A DNA stretch of 60,709 nucleotides, the filler included, from Basidiobolus ranarum (taxonomy: Eukaryota): assembly GCA_040143965.1 (NCBI GenBank). It is 17 parts of 17 records of this genome, joined end to end, with 100 filler letters (N's around TTAATTAATTAA, not from the genome) between each part and the next. Parts side by side here need not be neighbours in the genome. Positions count along the whole stretch, not along the records: positions 1 to 3,490 come from JASJQH010002457.1; positions 3,591 to 7,078 come from JASJQH010002458.1; positions 7,179 to 10,665 come from JASJQH010002459.1; 14 more parts are not named here. One strand, written 5' to 3'. Below, one piece after another: positions 1 through 9,944 of the stretch; within the stretch, counting starts at the first letter, position 1; every line of letters starts with the position of its first letter. The position numbers and the translations under genes are program-made. The notes under the pieces were generated by a model, which saw only the letters and a list, made by a program, of their open reading frames with translations, had not been told where the DNA came from and searched no databases.

Positions 1-2648
1 TTATCAAGTTCATCTTGTCGATTCACCAATGTGGTAGCAGCTTTGTCATATACAACTAGCCAGGCTTGATACTCTTCCTCTGGAATCTCACGCATGGAAA
101 TACACAGCGTACGTAAACCTTCAGTGGCATATTCCTATTCATGAAATATTATGAAACAGTTAGAGCATTGGCGAATTTGTGCGTTATAGGATTAAAAACT
201 ACCTCCAGATGAGCTAAAGTGGTGTCTACGAATGGATTTTGAGGTGCTAGTCTTTCTAGAATCACCGTATCCGCACCTTTACAATATAACTTGATTTTTC
301 CATCAGGGCCACGTACAATAGCAGACATACGCTTCCTGGTACTATTAAATTCGCAAATATTCAAAATCTCAAACTCTTTATCCTCTCCACAGACATTAAC
401 AGTAATTGATTTGGGCCGACGAGTCTATTGTACAGACAAGTAAGATCTCAAGGATAATAAAGATAGACAAAATATTCATCGAAATACCGTGAAAACATAG
501 TGCAAAATAGATGCACCTTTAACTAATGCTCCTTCATCTGGTGACGCAGCTTGGTATGTAATATCTAAAATGGACCGGTTTTAGCAAGAACCCTAAACAC
601 AACAATCTCAACTGTTCAAATTACCATCAGAATCATCCTCATTTCGTTCAGGAATTACGGTATGACAAGTAGCTAGCAAAGTCAAGAACTCGTGTATAAC
701 GGATGAGGTAGAGTGTGACTTCAGATTGGTGTCCAGCCTATTAAAATCATACTGACCGACCCCTGACTGACTCTCATTGAACTGACTTTTCTTGGAGGGA
801 TCAATCTTATCAGTATATCCAATGCCTCCTATGGAGCATTGACGAAACTCCATTTCATTACATGTTAGTGTGCCGGTTTTATCCGAGAAAATATACTCAA
901 TCTCAATAAATGGCAAATGTTAGTTTCAATTACCCCATACTCAAGAAGGTTCTTCTGAAATACCTGTCCAAGTTCCTCAACCAACGAGCTGGTTCTGGCT
1001 AATGCTGGAGTGTCAGTCTTTGCATAATACATATCTAGATCTGAATTGATGAGAGCAGCCTGTTGATATTTGACGACCTCCATCGTGACAATCAAACTAC
1101 AAGTGAACAATAGGTGAATTAAAGAAAACCTCGGTTAAAACACATATGGGATTCTACCTGATAGGAATCAGATTATTAAAAAGAATCAAGAACGTGAGGA
1201 TATTCATTCCGAACTCTGCCCATTGGTTGGTATCACTCAATAGCAAGTAGCTCATCTCATCGGAGAACTTTATCTAAAGCAGTCGTTAATATACACCTGA
1301 TAGAGCCATGAACAATATGAGAACCTACACGACGAATCAACGATCCAATAGCACAAGCGATACTCAGAATAACAAGAATTCCAAACAAAAAGAGGATTTG
1401 CTGGTTGGTCATTTTCTCTACATTAGTTCTCTTAATGGGTGTAGCACTATTAAATAAGTAGTATGTTTAGACTTTATACTTCGAAGCACTGTTCCTCAGT
1501 CAACAAATTTACCTAGCATTTCTCATCAGTTTAGATTCGTGACCGGTGAATACAACAACGCCATAGATCCACTTCGTATTACGTAGTTGTGCACCCTATC
1601 AAGTATAAGGTTTACTTAGGGATTCCTTGTTGGTATAGCACTACTGAAATCTTACTCTTAACAAAATCTGATTTGGATCAAGCGGGATGGTATTTTCCAC
1701 CATCTCTTTAGTAGTTACCAGGGTTCCATCGTACGTATATAAGCTATTGTTCGGTAGCTCGGATTTGATGTACCCTAAAGAGTGTTGAATCATTTGAACT
1801 TTGCAATTACATAAAAGGAAGAGAGATATGAATCGACAGATACCTTGCAATTCGCCGACCTCACTGGGAGAAGTTAGATGGCTTGTAGCTTGAAGGCCCT
1901 GCTTGATCTTTAGATTGGTTTCGCTGAATCATATGAAACGATTAATATAGATAAATCGCTAACAAGTATGTAGACTAAAAGCTGTACCCATCAAGGTTAC
2001 TGGTTTCAATATAGCAGAGGGCTTCTGGCTCACTACTACTTAATAATATCAAATCAGCAGGAAAGAACTCCTTATCGGCAATACGCACTATATCTCCAAC
2101 TACGATATCTCTCCAAGGCTTGTCTTCAAAGTTTCTACCGGTTAAAACTTTGCAGTGTCGATTATTGGCTTCTGCATCTGATTGATGACGTTTCTGCATT
2201 CGTTATCATCACAATAGTTAATGGTTTAGTCAGTATAATGATTACATACTCTAAACAAAGTAAAATGCATACGTAGTCTTCAAAAATTTCCTTGAAAGCG
2301 GTAGCAATTAAGACCACAATCAAAGGAACCAAAGTAGAGAATCTCGAAGTAGGAGAAATATCTTTGATTTGCTAAGAACAGTCAGAGTATATAGAAATGA
2401 GGCTCAGTGCTGATAATTGGACGAGATTAAAACTGCCAAGGACTTACCTGAATGCATGATATGAACAAAAAGAAGATGTTTGCATATTTGGAGAATTGTT
2501 CAAGCAAAAACTTTGGTAAGAATGTGATGAAATTATATTTCGCAGTTGATATACGGTTATGGAGGTATTTGAATTGACTATTCCGTGAGGAAGAATTGAG
2601 ATAAACAAGTCGAAATTCACCATTCTGAACTTGCTGTTGTACGCTCAT
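1..2648 (-). CDS. P4-type phospholipid-translocating ATPase (Drs2/ATP8A-like), 5' part, many short introns, runs off the window start
   Basis: Exon translations contain [69 protein letters not shown], the phosphorylation motif [11 protein letters not shown] and [22 protein letters not shown] introns separate them. The true start may lie in a further upstream exon. Confidence 0.93.
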
Positions 2649-3590
2649 GTTAGCGGTTGCTTAAAATAAATGGAAACTTATTGTACTTTTGTTGTTTCTA
2701 TTCTAGAGTTAACGAAGTGCATAATTAATACCTATTAACATCTCAGTAAAACAATATTTTCCATTTCACATACCAGAAAAACAAAGCTCAATTGATGCTA
2801 TGATATAAAGAGTATAAATATGTTTACAAGCAAACTGAAGAAAAAGGAATTAGACGAAGCTGCACACCTAACTAAAGTGAATTTAACCAAGGTGTGCAAA
2901 TATGTGAAACAAGAAGTATTTCTTTTGCCGCAACGATATATAGTATAAGTTGAAGTAGGAATGAGGCAACCAGAGATAATGGATAACTAAAATACAGCAG
3001 AAACAAACGTGAAGGAGAAGAGAAATACAAGAGGAGCAATAAATGATTGTCCTGTATAACTGTCAGATGAAGCACTGTGATCCATCAATAATGGGATTCT
3101 GGTTTTAACTTAGCCTCAAAATAAAGAATAAAATTGAACTAATATATCCGAGACAATGAGTCAAAATTCTTTAAGCATACATGGCGCTAAACACCATTGA
3201 ATATGAAAGCCTAATGAAGGCCAAATGAAAGGAAAATAGCAGTGTAGCAACTTAGGCAATCCACTCCGGTTCACCAGATCAGCCCAAGCGGATTGCCATA
3301 CAAATAGCATCCCAAATAAGCAACCAAGCATCACGAACTAATTTTAGCTTGCTATCATCCTATATGGGCATATATAGATAAGCTTTGGTCCCAAACCGTG
3401 AAAAATACTAATCCCAATAGCGTATTAGGAATCTTGTTTAGTTAAAATTCATGGACACTTCCTAATATAGCCATATCATGGTAATTAGGTNNNNNNNNNN
3501 NNNNNNNNNNNNNNNNNNNNNNNNNNNNNNNNNNTTAATTAATTAANNNNNNNNNNNNNNNNNNNNNNNNNNNNNNNNNNNNNNNNNNNN

Positions 3591-3627
3591 CCACTCAAGA
3601 GTTACGTGGCCTACTTTGGCAGGGGCC

Positions 3628-3658
<31 letters not shown>

Positions 3659-3689
3659 TTCAAGTGTCAGAGGTTCCGAAGAACTTGAC
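3591..3689 (-). ncRNA. U6: U6 spliceosomal snRNA gene (variant 3' part; truncated at contig end)
   Basis: Minus strand reads ...GTTC-TTCG-GAAC (5' hairpin)...AAAATTGGAACGATACAGAGAAGATTAGCATGGCCCCTGC. This is the U6 core with the ACAGAGA box (3638-3644) and AGC triad (3630-3632). A TATAAT lies about 25 nt upstream (3711-3716). Confidence 0.85.
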
Positions 3690-3940
3690 AATAGGCATTG
3701 GCTTATTTCCATTATATTGAAGTTGTAAATGATTTCCTCATAGGTTATGGGATGGTCAAATATCATTGATTTCAATTGAATAATCGAAAAGTTCATTATA
3801 GTTCCCCAATTCTTCCCCATAAATTATATGTGCGGGGATACAATTTACAATAGGGTGGGGTTAATACTCAGTGTTTTTACCAGTCAAACACTTATTTGGC
3901 TGATATATTGTTAACCACACGTCTTTGTTACATTTGCGTC

Positions 3941-4365
3941 ATGTGGAAAAGTCAACTTTCTAAGCACATCAAGGAGCTTCGTATTCATTTTTGTCAGAAG
4001 TCTCCTGCTAGTAGTGGCCTTCGGTAAACAAATTTTAACCTTCGACTACCTCGAACAACTCTTTCTAATTTTTCTCTTTCTAGTGACTACGTTGCAAAGA
4101 ATTATGCCTCCTTGAAAGAGAGTAATCCTAAAGTTCCTATCCTCATTCGTGAGGCTAGTGGCATTGACGCCCGAGTCTTCGCTCGTTACGGTACGTATCA
4201 TTTTTATACCGATCATTCGCATAAAATAGAGAAAATTTATTCTTCTTTATAAAAGGCTTCGGACAGGAGAAGAAAGTTGTTCTCAATAACCTTAAACCAC
4301 AAGAAATCGAGAAACAGTTAGAAATCCTAGTTCAATCTGTTCAGAATCAAACCAAATTGCATTAA
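3941..4365 (+). CDS. NDUFA2: NADH:ubiquinone oxidoreductase subunit B8 (NDUFA2-like), 3 exons (~3941-4023, 4084-4190, 4256-4365); missed by the ORF track
   Basis: Spliced translation MWKSQLSKHIKELRIHFCQKSPASSGLRDYVAKNYASLKESNPKVPILIREASGIDARVFARYGFGQEKKV..LH* matches the CI-B8/L51_S25 pattern. Introns are GTAAAC..TAG and GTACGT..AAG. Confidence 0.92.
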
Positions 4366-4728
4366 ACAACGTCCTACATTTCTAATTGATATGTATGTCT
4401 TCCATGTTTTTCATAGAAATATGTAATATTCTGGATTGAAACCTGTTCCGAACCATCACAACCTAATATTGTAGTAAGACAGCTTAGCAAACAACACAGA
4501 CGCATTTTTATAAACTTAAGCCTCTCATGACTCGAACTTCTTAACTCTATATTTTAAGGCCTATATACATATTTGTAGAGAAGGTTGATGTATAAAGAGG
4601 GATTGAATGTTGATGTATATTTATTATGAAAGAAGCCAAAGGCAGATGGATGGTATCTGGGTTTAAAAAATCGGTATGACGAGCAATAGAGATTAGAATT
4701 TGACATATGCAAGCATATTTCAGCAATT

Positions 4729-5199
4729 CTACGTTGTACGATTCAAGGCGAGCACCGGTTCTGGTGGTGTCAGGTATGTCTCCATACTGCTCTCATCTTT
4801 GATGAGTGGGGGGCGCTTTGACGAAGAAGTAGACACATGGTATTTCTTAATTTGAGATTGTCTTTTTTGAATCGATTTGGCTGGAGTGAGCTTAAGTATC
4901 GGACCGGGCTTCGTATGTCTCCTCTTCCACCGATTTACAACATACACCAATATTATAGTAAGAATACCCATAGATATCAATCCTAATAAAATAATCAACG
5001 CAAGCGCCAAAGCACGAGTAATGCTGGTACGATCATAAATGATGTTTGAAGTGGCAGGATCAACGTGAGCTACTACGAAAGGAATTCCATCATCTGGTGG
5101 TTGTTGATAGTGTAAAATCTCCAATGGGATTGATGTAGCTGTAGGTATCATCCTGATGATTCCAAAGAGAATAAACAACCTAGCGTGATCGCCGTTCAT
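4729..5199 (-). CDS. Hypothetical single-pass membrane protein (156 aa)
   Basis: Intronless ORF with a hydrophobic N-terminus, a long TM segment (ALALALIILLGLISMGILTIILVYVV) followed by NRWKRRH, and a TATAAA upstream (~5252-5257). Confidence 0.55.
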   Translation of the reverse strand: MNGDHARLFILFGIIRMIPTATSIPLEILHYQQPPDDGIPFVVAHVDPATSNIIYDRTSITRALALALIILLGLISMGILTIILVYVVNRWKRRHTKPGPILKLTPAKSIQKRQSQIKKYHVSTSSSKRPPLIKDESSMETYLTPPEPVLALNRTT

Positions 5200-5698
5200 T
5201 GCGTACAGTGGGAAAGTTGAAGCCGAAGAAGTTCCTAGACTACTCGTTGTATTTATACTCTAGCATACCCAAAGCCAGATGTCGAGATTATGGCTTAAAA
5301 TTAATCCTTGTCTCATTGTTTAACTCGGAAATATAGCAAGGAATTTGAGCGCCATTTCCTTCGTTATTGTTTTATCACCAGTATTATCGCCAGTATCATT
5401 ACACCAGTTTCTCAAAATAGCTTGGGTTCGATTACTCCACATCTCCACATTCCTGGAGTCGCTTGAATCTGCATTGTAAGTCAACCACAATAAATATAAT
5501 ATCCCATGTTAAATATAGCCCTCAACAAAGCCTCCGCATAGTGCGCGCAATTAATGTGGAGACCTGCATCCGTATTACATGTTTTAATTGTCGTCAAGTT
5601 GCAACTATATGCATACTTAGGAAAACTATATAAGCTTCCCCGCATCCCCATTAACGTGAAATATCCTCATTTTGTATTTGTATTTCCATAAGTCTTCC

Positions 5699-6049
5699 AT
5701 GTCTCACCAGTATCTTTCTGCTTTTTTGGTATGCCTCCGTATCAGTCAAGTGATTGGGGACAACATTATGGAAGAGCAAGCTGGATCCATTAATTATGAG
5801 GCAATTCAAGAAGGACTCCTTCCTTCGGTCGAGTTCACGCTACTTACTTTACCATGGTTACTAGTATTCTTGTTGGCTTTAGGAATAACCGGATTTCTTG
5901 GAATGCTATGTTGTTTTGGCATGTCATTTACTCGACAATACTTCAAGCTACGTAAAAATGCCATACGCAAAGGAGGCCGCGGGCTCCGGAGCGAAAAAGA
6001 CGAGCTACTGGTTATTCCGGAACAAGATCTCTTGTCCACCAAAGTTTAG
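5699..6049 (+). CDS. Hypothetical small membrane protein (~116 aa)
   Basis: ATG at 5699 lies downstream of TATATAA (~5627). The protein has a signal-like N-terminus, a TM segment ending LCCFG and a basic tail. Confidence 0.5.
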   Translation: MSHQYLSAFLVCLRISQVIGDNIMEEQAGSINYEAIQEGLLPSVEFTLLTLPWLLVFLLALGITGFLGMLCCFGMSFTRQYFKLRKNAIRKGGRGLRSEKDELLVIPEQDLLSTKV

Positions 6050-6441
6050 TATCAGCACTCATTGAACACTGGAGTTAGAATTGGATATATCCGCACCTGT
6101 CTATTCAGCTGTTCTACGCAAGTCAATGATACCAACCTGTCAGTTAGTCTCAATTTTGTAAAATGTAAATAAACCGAAGTCATCCTGATAATGGTGCAGT
6201 ATTAGTTCATATCTGGTCTACTTTTGTGGAGTGGGTAAGCAATAGTGTACAGTAGTTAATCAAACTACAATCTCCATATAACTCTGAATAACGTAAACCC
6301 TTTTAGGAAAACCTCTCTTAAGACCTCAAACATTCTGTGTAAATCGCGTGTTAAATGTTTAATAGCATTTATTTTCTGTAAATGGAGAGAGAAGATGCAA
6401 GGAGTTTTTGGATAATGTGATATCAAAATGTATGTTGATGC

Positions 6442-7078
6442 TTAAACTAGAGTCTTGAAACGCTCGAAAGCCACTTTGTGAAGCTCCTCTCGGTGGTCGG
6501 GATGTGCAATATCGATCATCGCTCTGGCTCTTTGCAACAAATTCTTGCCAAAGAGATAGGCATAGCCGTACTCTGTTACAATGTAATGCGAATGGTATCT
6601 GGAAGTAACGACACCAGCTCCTAACTTCAGAGTAGATACAATCCTGGAGTCACCAATTGCGTTGGGGTTACCTTTAGCTTTGGTAGTTGAAGGAAGGCAG
6701 ATAATAGGGACACCTCCTTGACTTAAAGCGGCACCTCTCTCGAAATCTACTTGACCTCCAACACCAGAGATATGACGAGTACCGATGGAATCAGAGCACA
6801 CCTGCCCAGTTATATCGACTTCAATTGCCGAATTAATGGCTGCAACCTTAGGATTGCTGGCAATAATCGATGGGTTATTAGTAACACTACCATCAACAAA
6901 CAACACCTCTGGGTTGTCATCAATGAAATCATAAAGACGTCTTCCACCCATAACTAAAGAGGTTACCACCTTTCCTGGAAGGAACTTCTTATTTCTGTTG
7001 GTAATAACTCCTTGTTCCATAAGAGGAATCAAACCCTCTTGGAACATCTCGGTATGGACTCCAAGATTTTTATGGTTA
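6442..7078 (-). CDS. Acetyl-CoA hydrolase/CoA-transferase family I (4-hydroxybutyrate CoA-transferase-like), C-terminal part
   Basis: Motifs NLGVHTEMF (catalytic Glu), INSAIEVDITGQVCSDSIG, SGVGGQVDF, IVTEYG and IAHPDHRE. The 5' end is cut by the spacer. Confidence 0.93.
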
Positions 7079-7515
7079 NNNNNNNNNNNNNNNNNNNNNN
7101 NNNNNNNNNNNNNNNNNNNNNNTTAATTAATTAANNNNNNNNNNNNNNNNNNNNNNNNNNNNNNNNNNNNNNNNNNNNCGCCGAATCCCGTCGTGCTCAT
7201 TAAATCAATGTGGACAGAACAACGAAGCATGAAGTGTTTCCAAAGAATCGAATAAAATGTGAATGCTTACGTGCTTTAATCATCCCAAACAACTAGTAAT
7301 GCTTTCTATTTCATTACTTCCCCTTCTATAAATTAGTATGATTATACATAATTTAACTATAAATGTTCCCATTAACGCAAAGTTAGCCATTTCTCAGTAT
7401 CAAGTTTTGATTGGTCTATTTTGGGATTATATATTTATTGATAAATACCAAAAAATTCATTTTAACTGCCATAAAATTTAGGTGCATGACCAAAACTTTG
7501 ACAGAAACTTGGAAT

Positions 7516-8445
7516 ATGATTTTGTCAACACGTTTTTCCTTACTTCGAAGGGTAAATACTGTACTTGTTCGAAACGCAAGGTCATACACAGTAGCACCTA
7601 GCTCACTTGAAGGAAGTAAATGGTATGTTGAAAATAACAGCAGTATTCCGAAAGAATTCAACTCAGTCTTTGAGTTAACTCAAGAGAGATTTCCAGACGC
7701 TTTTAAAATGATCAATCCTATTCAAGGACAACTATTAAAGCAGATTGTACGTTTTACAAAAGCTAGGAATATTTTGGAAATTGGAACGTTCACGGGTTAT
7801 TCAGCCTTATGTATGCTTGCCGGTTTACCAACCACTGAAAAATGTAGATTAGTCACTTGTGAAGCTGACGAAACGGCCGCTCAAGCAGCTAAGGAAAGCT
7901 TTCAAAATTTTGATAAGCATAATATGATAGAGCTTATATTTGGACCAGCACAGAAGACGTAATATAAGGAATATCTTTCGCATTCTTCTAGATACTTACA
8001 CTTTTCAAACATGCAGGCTCGAAGCATTTCCAACTGGAACTCAATTTGATTTGATTTTTCTTGGTATGTTGAATTGAAAGTGATTCTTTAACGTACATAT
8101 TAATCATATGTTAGATGCAAATAAGGGTGGTTATGTCCAATACTATGAGACAATTCTCAGTCAAGATTTACTAGCTGATGAAGGACTAATCATAGCTGAT
8201 AATGGTATTGTAGATTATAGTTACCGTTCATTATTATCCATTATAGAGCTGATCTGATGATTTTTTTAGTTCTATTTCGTGGGGAGGTACCCATGGTTGC
8301 TACTGACCCGATAGGTACCAAGAAAATGAAAGCCGCTCAGGCGATGCATCGATTCAATGAATATGTATCTCAAGACTCACGAACTGAGCAGGTGATACTT
8401 CCGTTGTTTGATGGGTTGAATTTCATCCAAAAAGTACGGAAATAG
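7516..8445 (+). CDS. SAM-dependent O-methyltransferase (caffeoyl-CoA/COMT-domain, Methyltransf_3 type), 4 exons, probable mitochondrial presequence
   Basis: Motifs ILEIGTFTGYSAL, FDLIFLDANKGGY, GLIIADNVLFRG and EQVILPLFDGL are assembled across GT-AG introns. The N-terminus MILSTRFSLLRRVN..RNARSY is Arg/Ser-rich and lacks acidic residues. Confidence 0.9.
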
Positions 8446-8753
8446 AGTCCCAACTAGTCAAGCCATATGACTTGTGAACTGGAATAATAAAGCAATTCAA
8501 CAAGCTGTGGGAATGGTATCTTTTGGGATTAATCTAGCAAGATCTAAGCGACTTCGACTCTGATAAGTACTATCTCAGGGTTATATTTAAGTCCGTATGG
8601 ATAGCAATGCTATTGAAGTCTTTTTATCGGCAAGTGTATGTGAGTTTAATAAATAAATAGAATCGTACTCTTCTATAAAGCTTTGTGGAATAAATCCTTT
8701 TTGTAGATAATAAATATCATAAATAGATTGTTCTGATAAAGGGGGATTGGAAA

Positions 8754-9944
8754 TTATGCTCTAATCTCAACAATAGGAAGGCAGACAACAGCGCGAACTC
8801 GAATACCCAGAGCGTCAAGACGAAGACGAATATTGTCACAAACCTGATCATTTTCTTGTAAATTGAGGTTTGGAAGATTCAATCCTTGGTTGGGTCCACG
8901 CACCTCACCATTAGCAAGACATACGAAGGCATTGGCATTGATTCCAGAACTAACTAGGCTTGCTACGATATTGGGGCAGTTGGAAGAACTGGCGCCACCA
9001 TTGTTAGACTGTTGAAGACAGATATCTGCATTGACTTTAACTCCTAGGATATTAGCATCAGCCACTACTTCTGGGCAAGAATTGCCACCTGAAAGTAAAG
9101 GTAAATTCCTATGAATTAGATCATTTAAGCAAATATCCGCACTGATTTTGATTCCGAATGATTCCAATTTAGCGAGAACATCTGGGCAGGTTTTTCCATT
9201 TCCATTTCCATTCGCCTGGGCAGTAGGAGTTTCGGGGCGTAAACAAATTCTAGGATTCACATTGATACCTAACAGATTGGCATCGGCAACGATATCTGGA
9301 CAACTATTTCCACCGGATAGTCGAGATAAACTCTCTCCTATACCGTTGTTGAGGCAAATACCTACATCTAACTTGATACCTAAAATACCCAGTTTAGCGA
9401 TGATATCAGGGCAAGTGGTAGGCTCCTTGCTTCCATTATCATTTCGACCGAGACATATCTGAGCATCGATTCTTAAACCTAGTAGATTGGCATCAGCAAC
9501 AATGTTGGGGCAAGAGTTACCACCGGTGAGATTTGGTATTCCCGTATTTTGAATATTTTGAAGACAAACGTTTATATTAGCTGCAACACCCAGAACATTG
9601 AGTTTGGCAACAATACTTGAGCATGGATTGGGATCATTTCCTCCACTGCATAGGTTAGCATCTACTTCGATTCCAAAGGCTATAGCGCTGATAGCTGCCT
9701 CTGCACATGTCAAATCATTGGGATTTCTTCCACCATATGGTGATGGGACTTTTCCTTCCTCTCCGATGCACACTTTGGAATCCAATCTAGCCCCATAGAA
9801 GTTTAATCTGGTTACCAATCCGTTACAGAAATTCTCTTTGATATGATGACCGTTATATGGGACTTGCTCACGTTTGATTACCAGACCAGAGGTCGAAGAA
9901 AGAGCAAAGATAGTAAAGAGAGACCGAACCGAGAGAAATCTCAT
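8754..9944 (-). CDS. Secreted 396-aa protein with ten C-x18-C repeats (unknown family)
   Basis: Intronless ORF with a signal peptide followed by KR. All 20 Cys fall in ten 20-aa units like CPxIVAxxNxLGIxxxAxICL. A TATAAAT lies upstream (~10056-10062). Confidence 0.85.
   Translation of the reverse strand: MRFLSVRSLFTIFALSSTSGLVIKREQVPYNGHHIKENFCNGLVTRLNFYGARLDSKVCIGEEGKVPSPYGGRNPNDLTCAEAAISAIAFGIEVDANLCSGGNDPNPCSSIVAKLNVLGVAANINVCLQNIQNTGIPNLTGGNSCPNIVADANLLGLRIDAQICLGRNDNGSKEPTTCPDIIAKLGILGIKLDVGICLNNGIGESLSRLSGGNSCPDIVADANLLGINVNPRICLRPETPTAQANGNGNGKTCPDVLAKLESFGIKISADICLNDLIHRNLPLLSGGNSCPEVVADANILGVKVNADICLQQSNNGGASSSNCPNIVASLVSSGINANAFVCLANGEVRGPNQGLNLPNLNLQENDQVCDNIRLRLDALGIRVRAVVCLPIVEIRA

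Noticed and set aside
9148-9798. Antisense ORFs over the repeat protein (likewise 5806, 6751, 7416, 12711, 39605, 39977, 43886)
   Set aside because: Shadow ORFs opposite well-supported genes.
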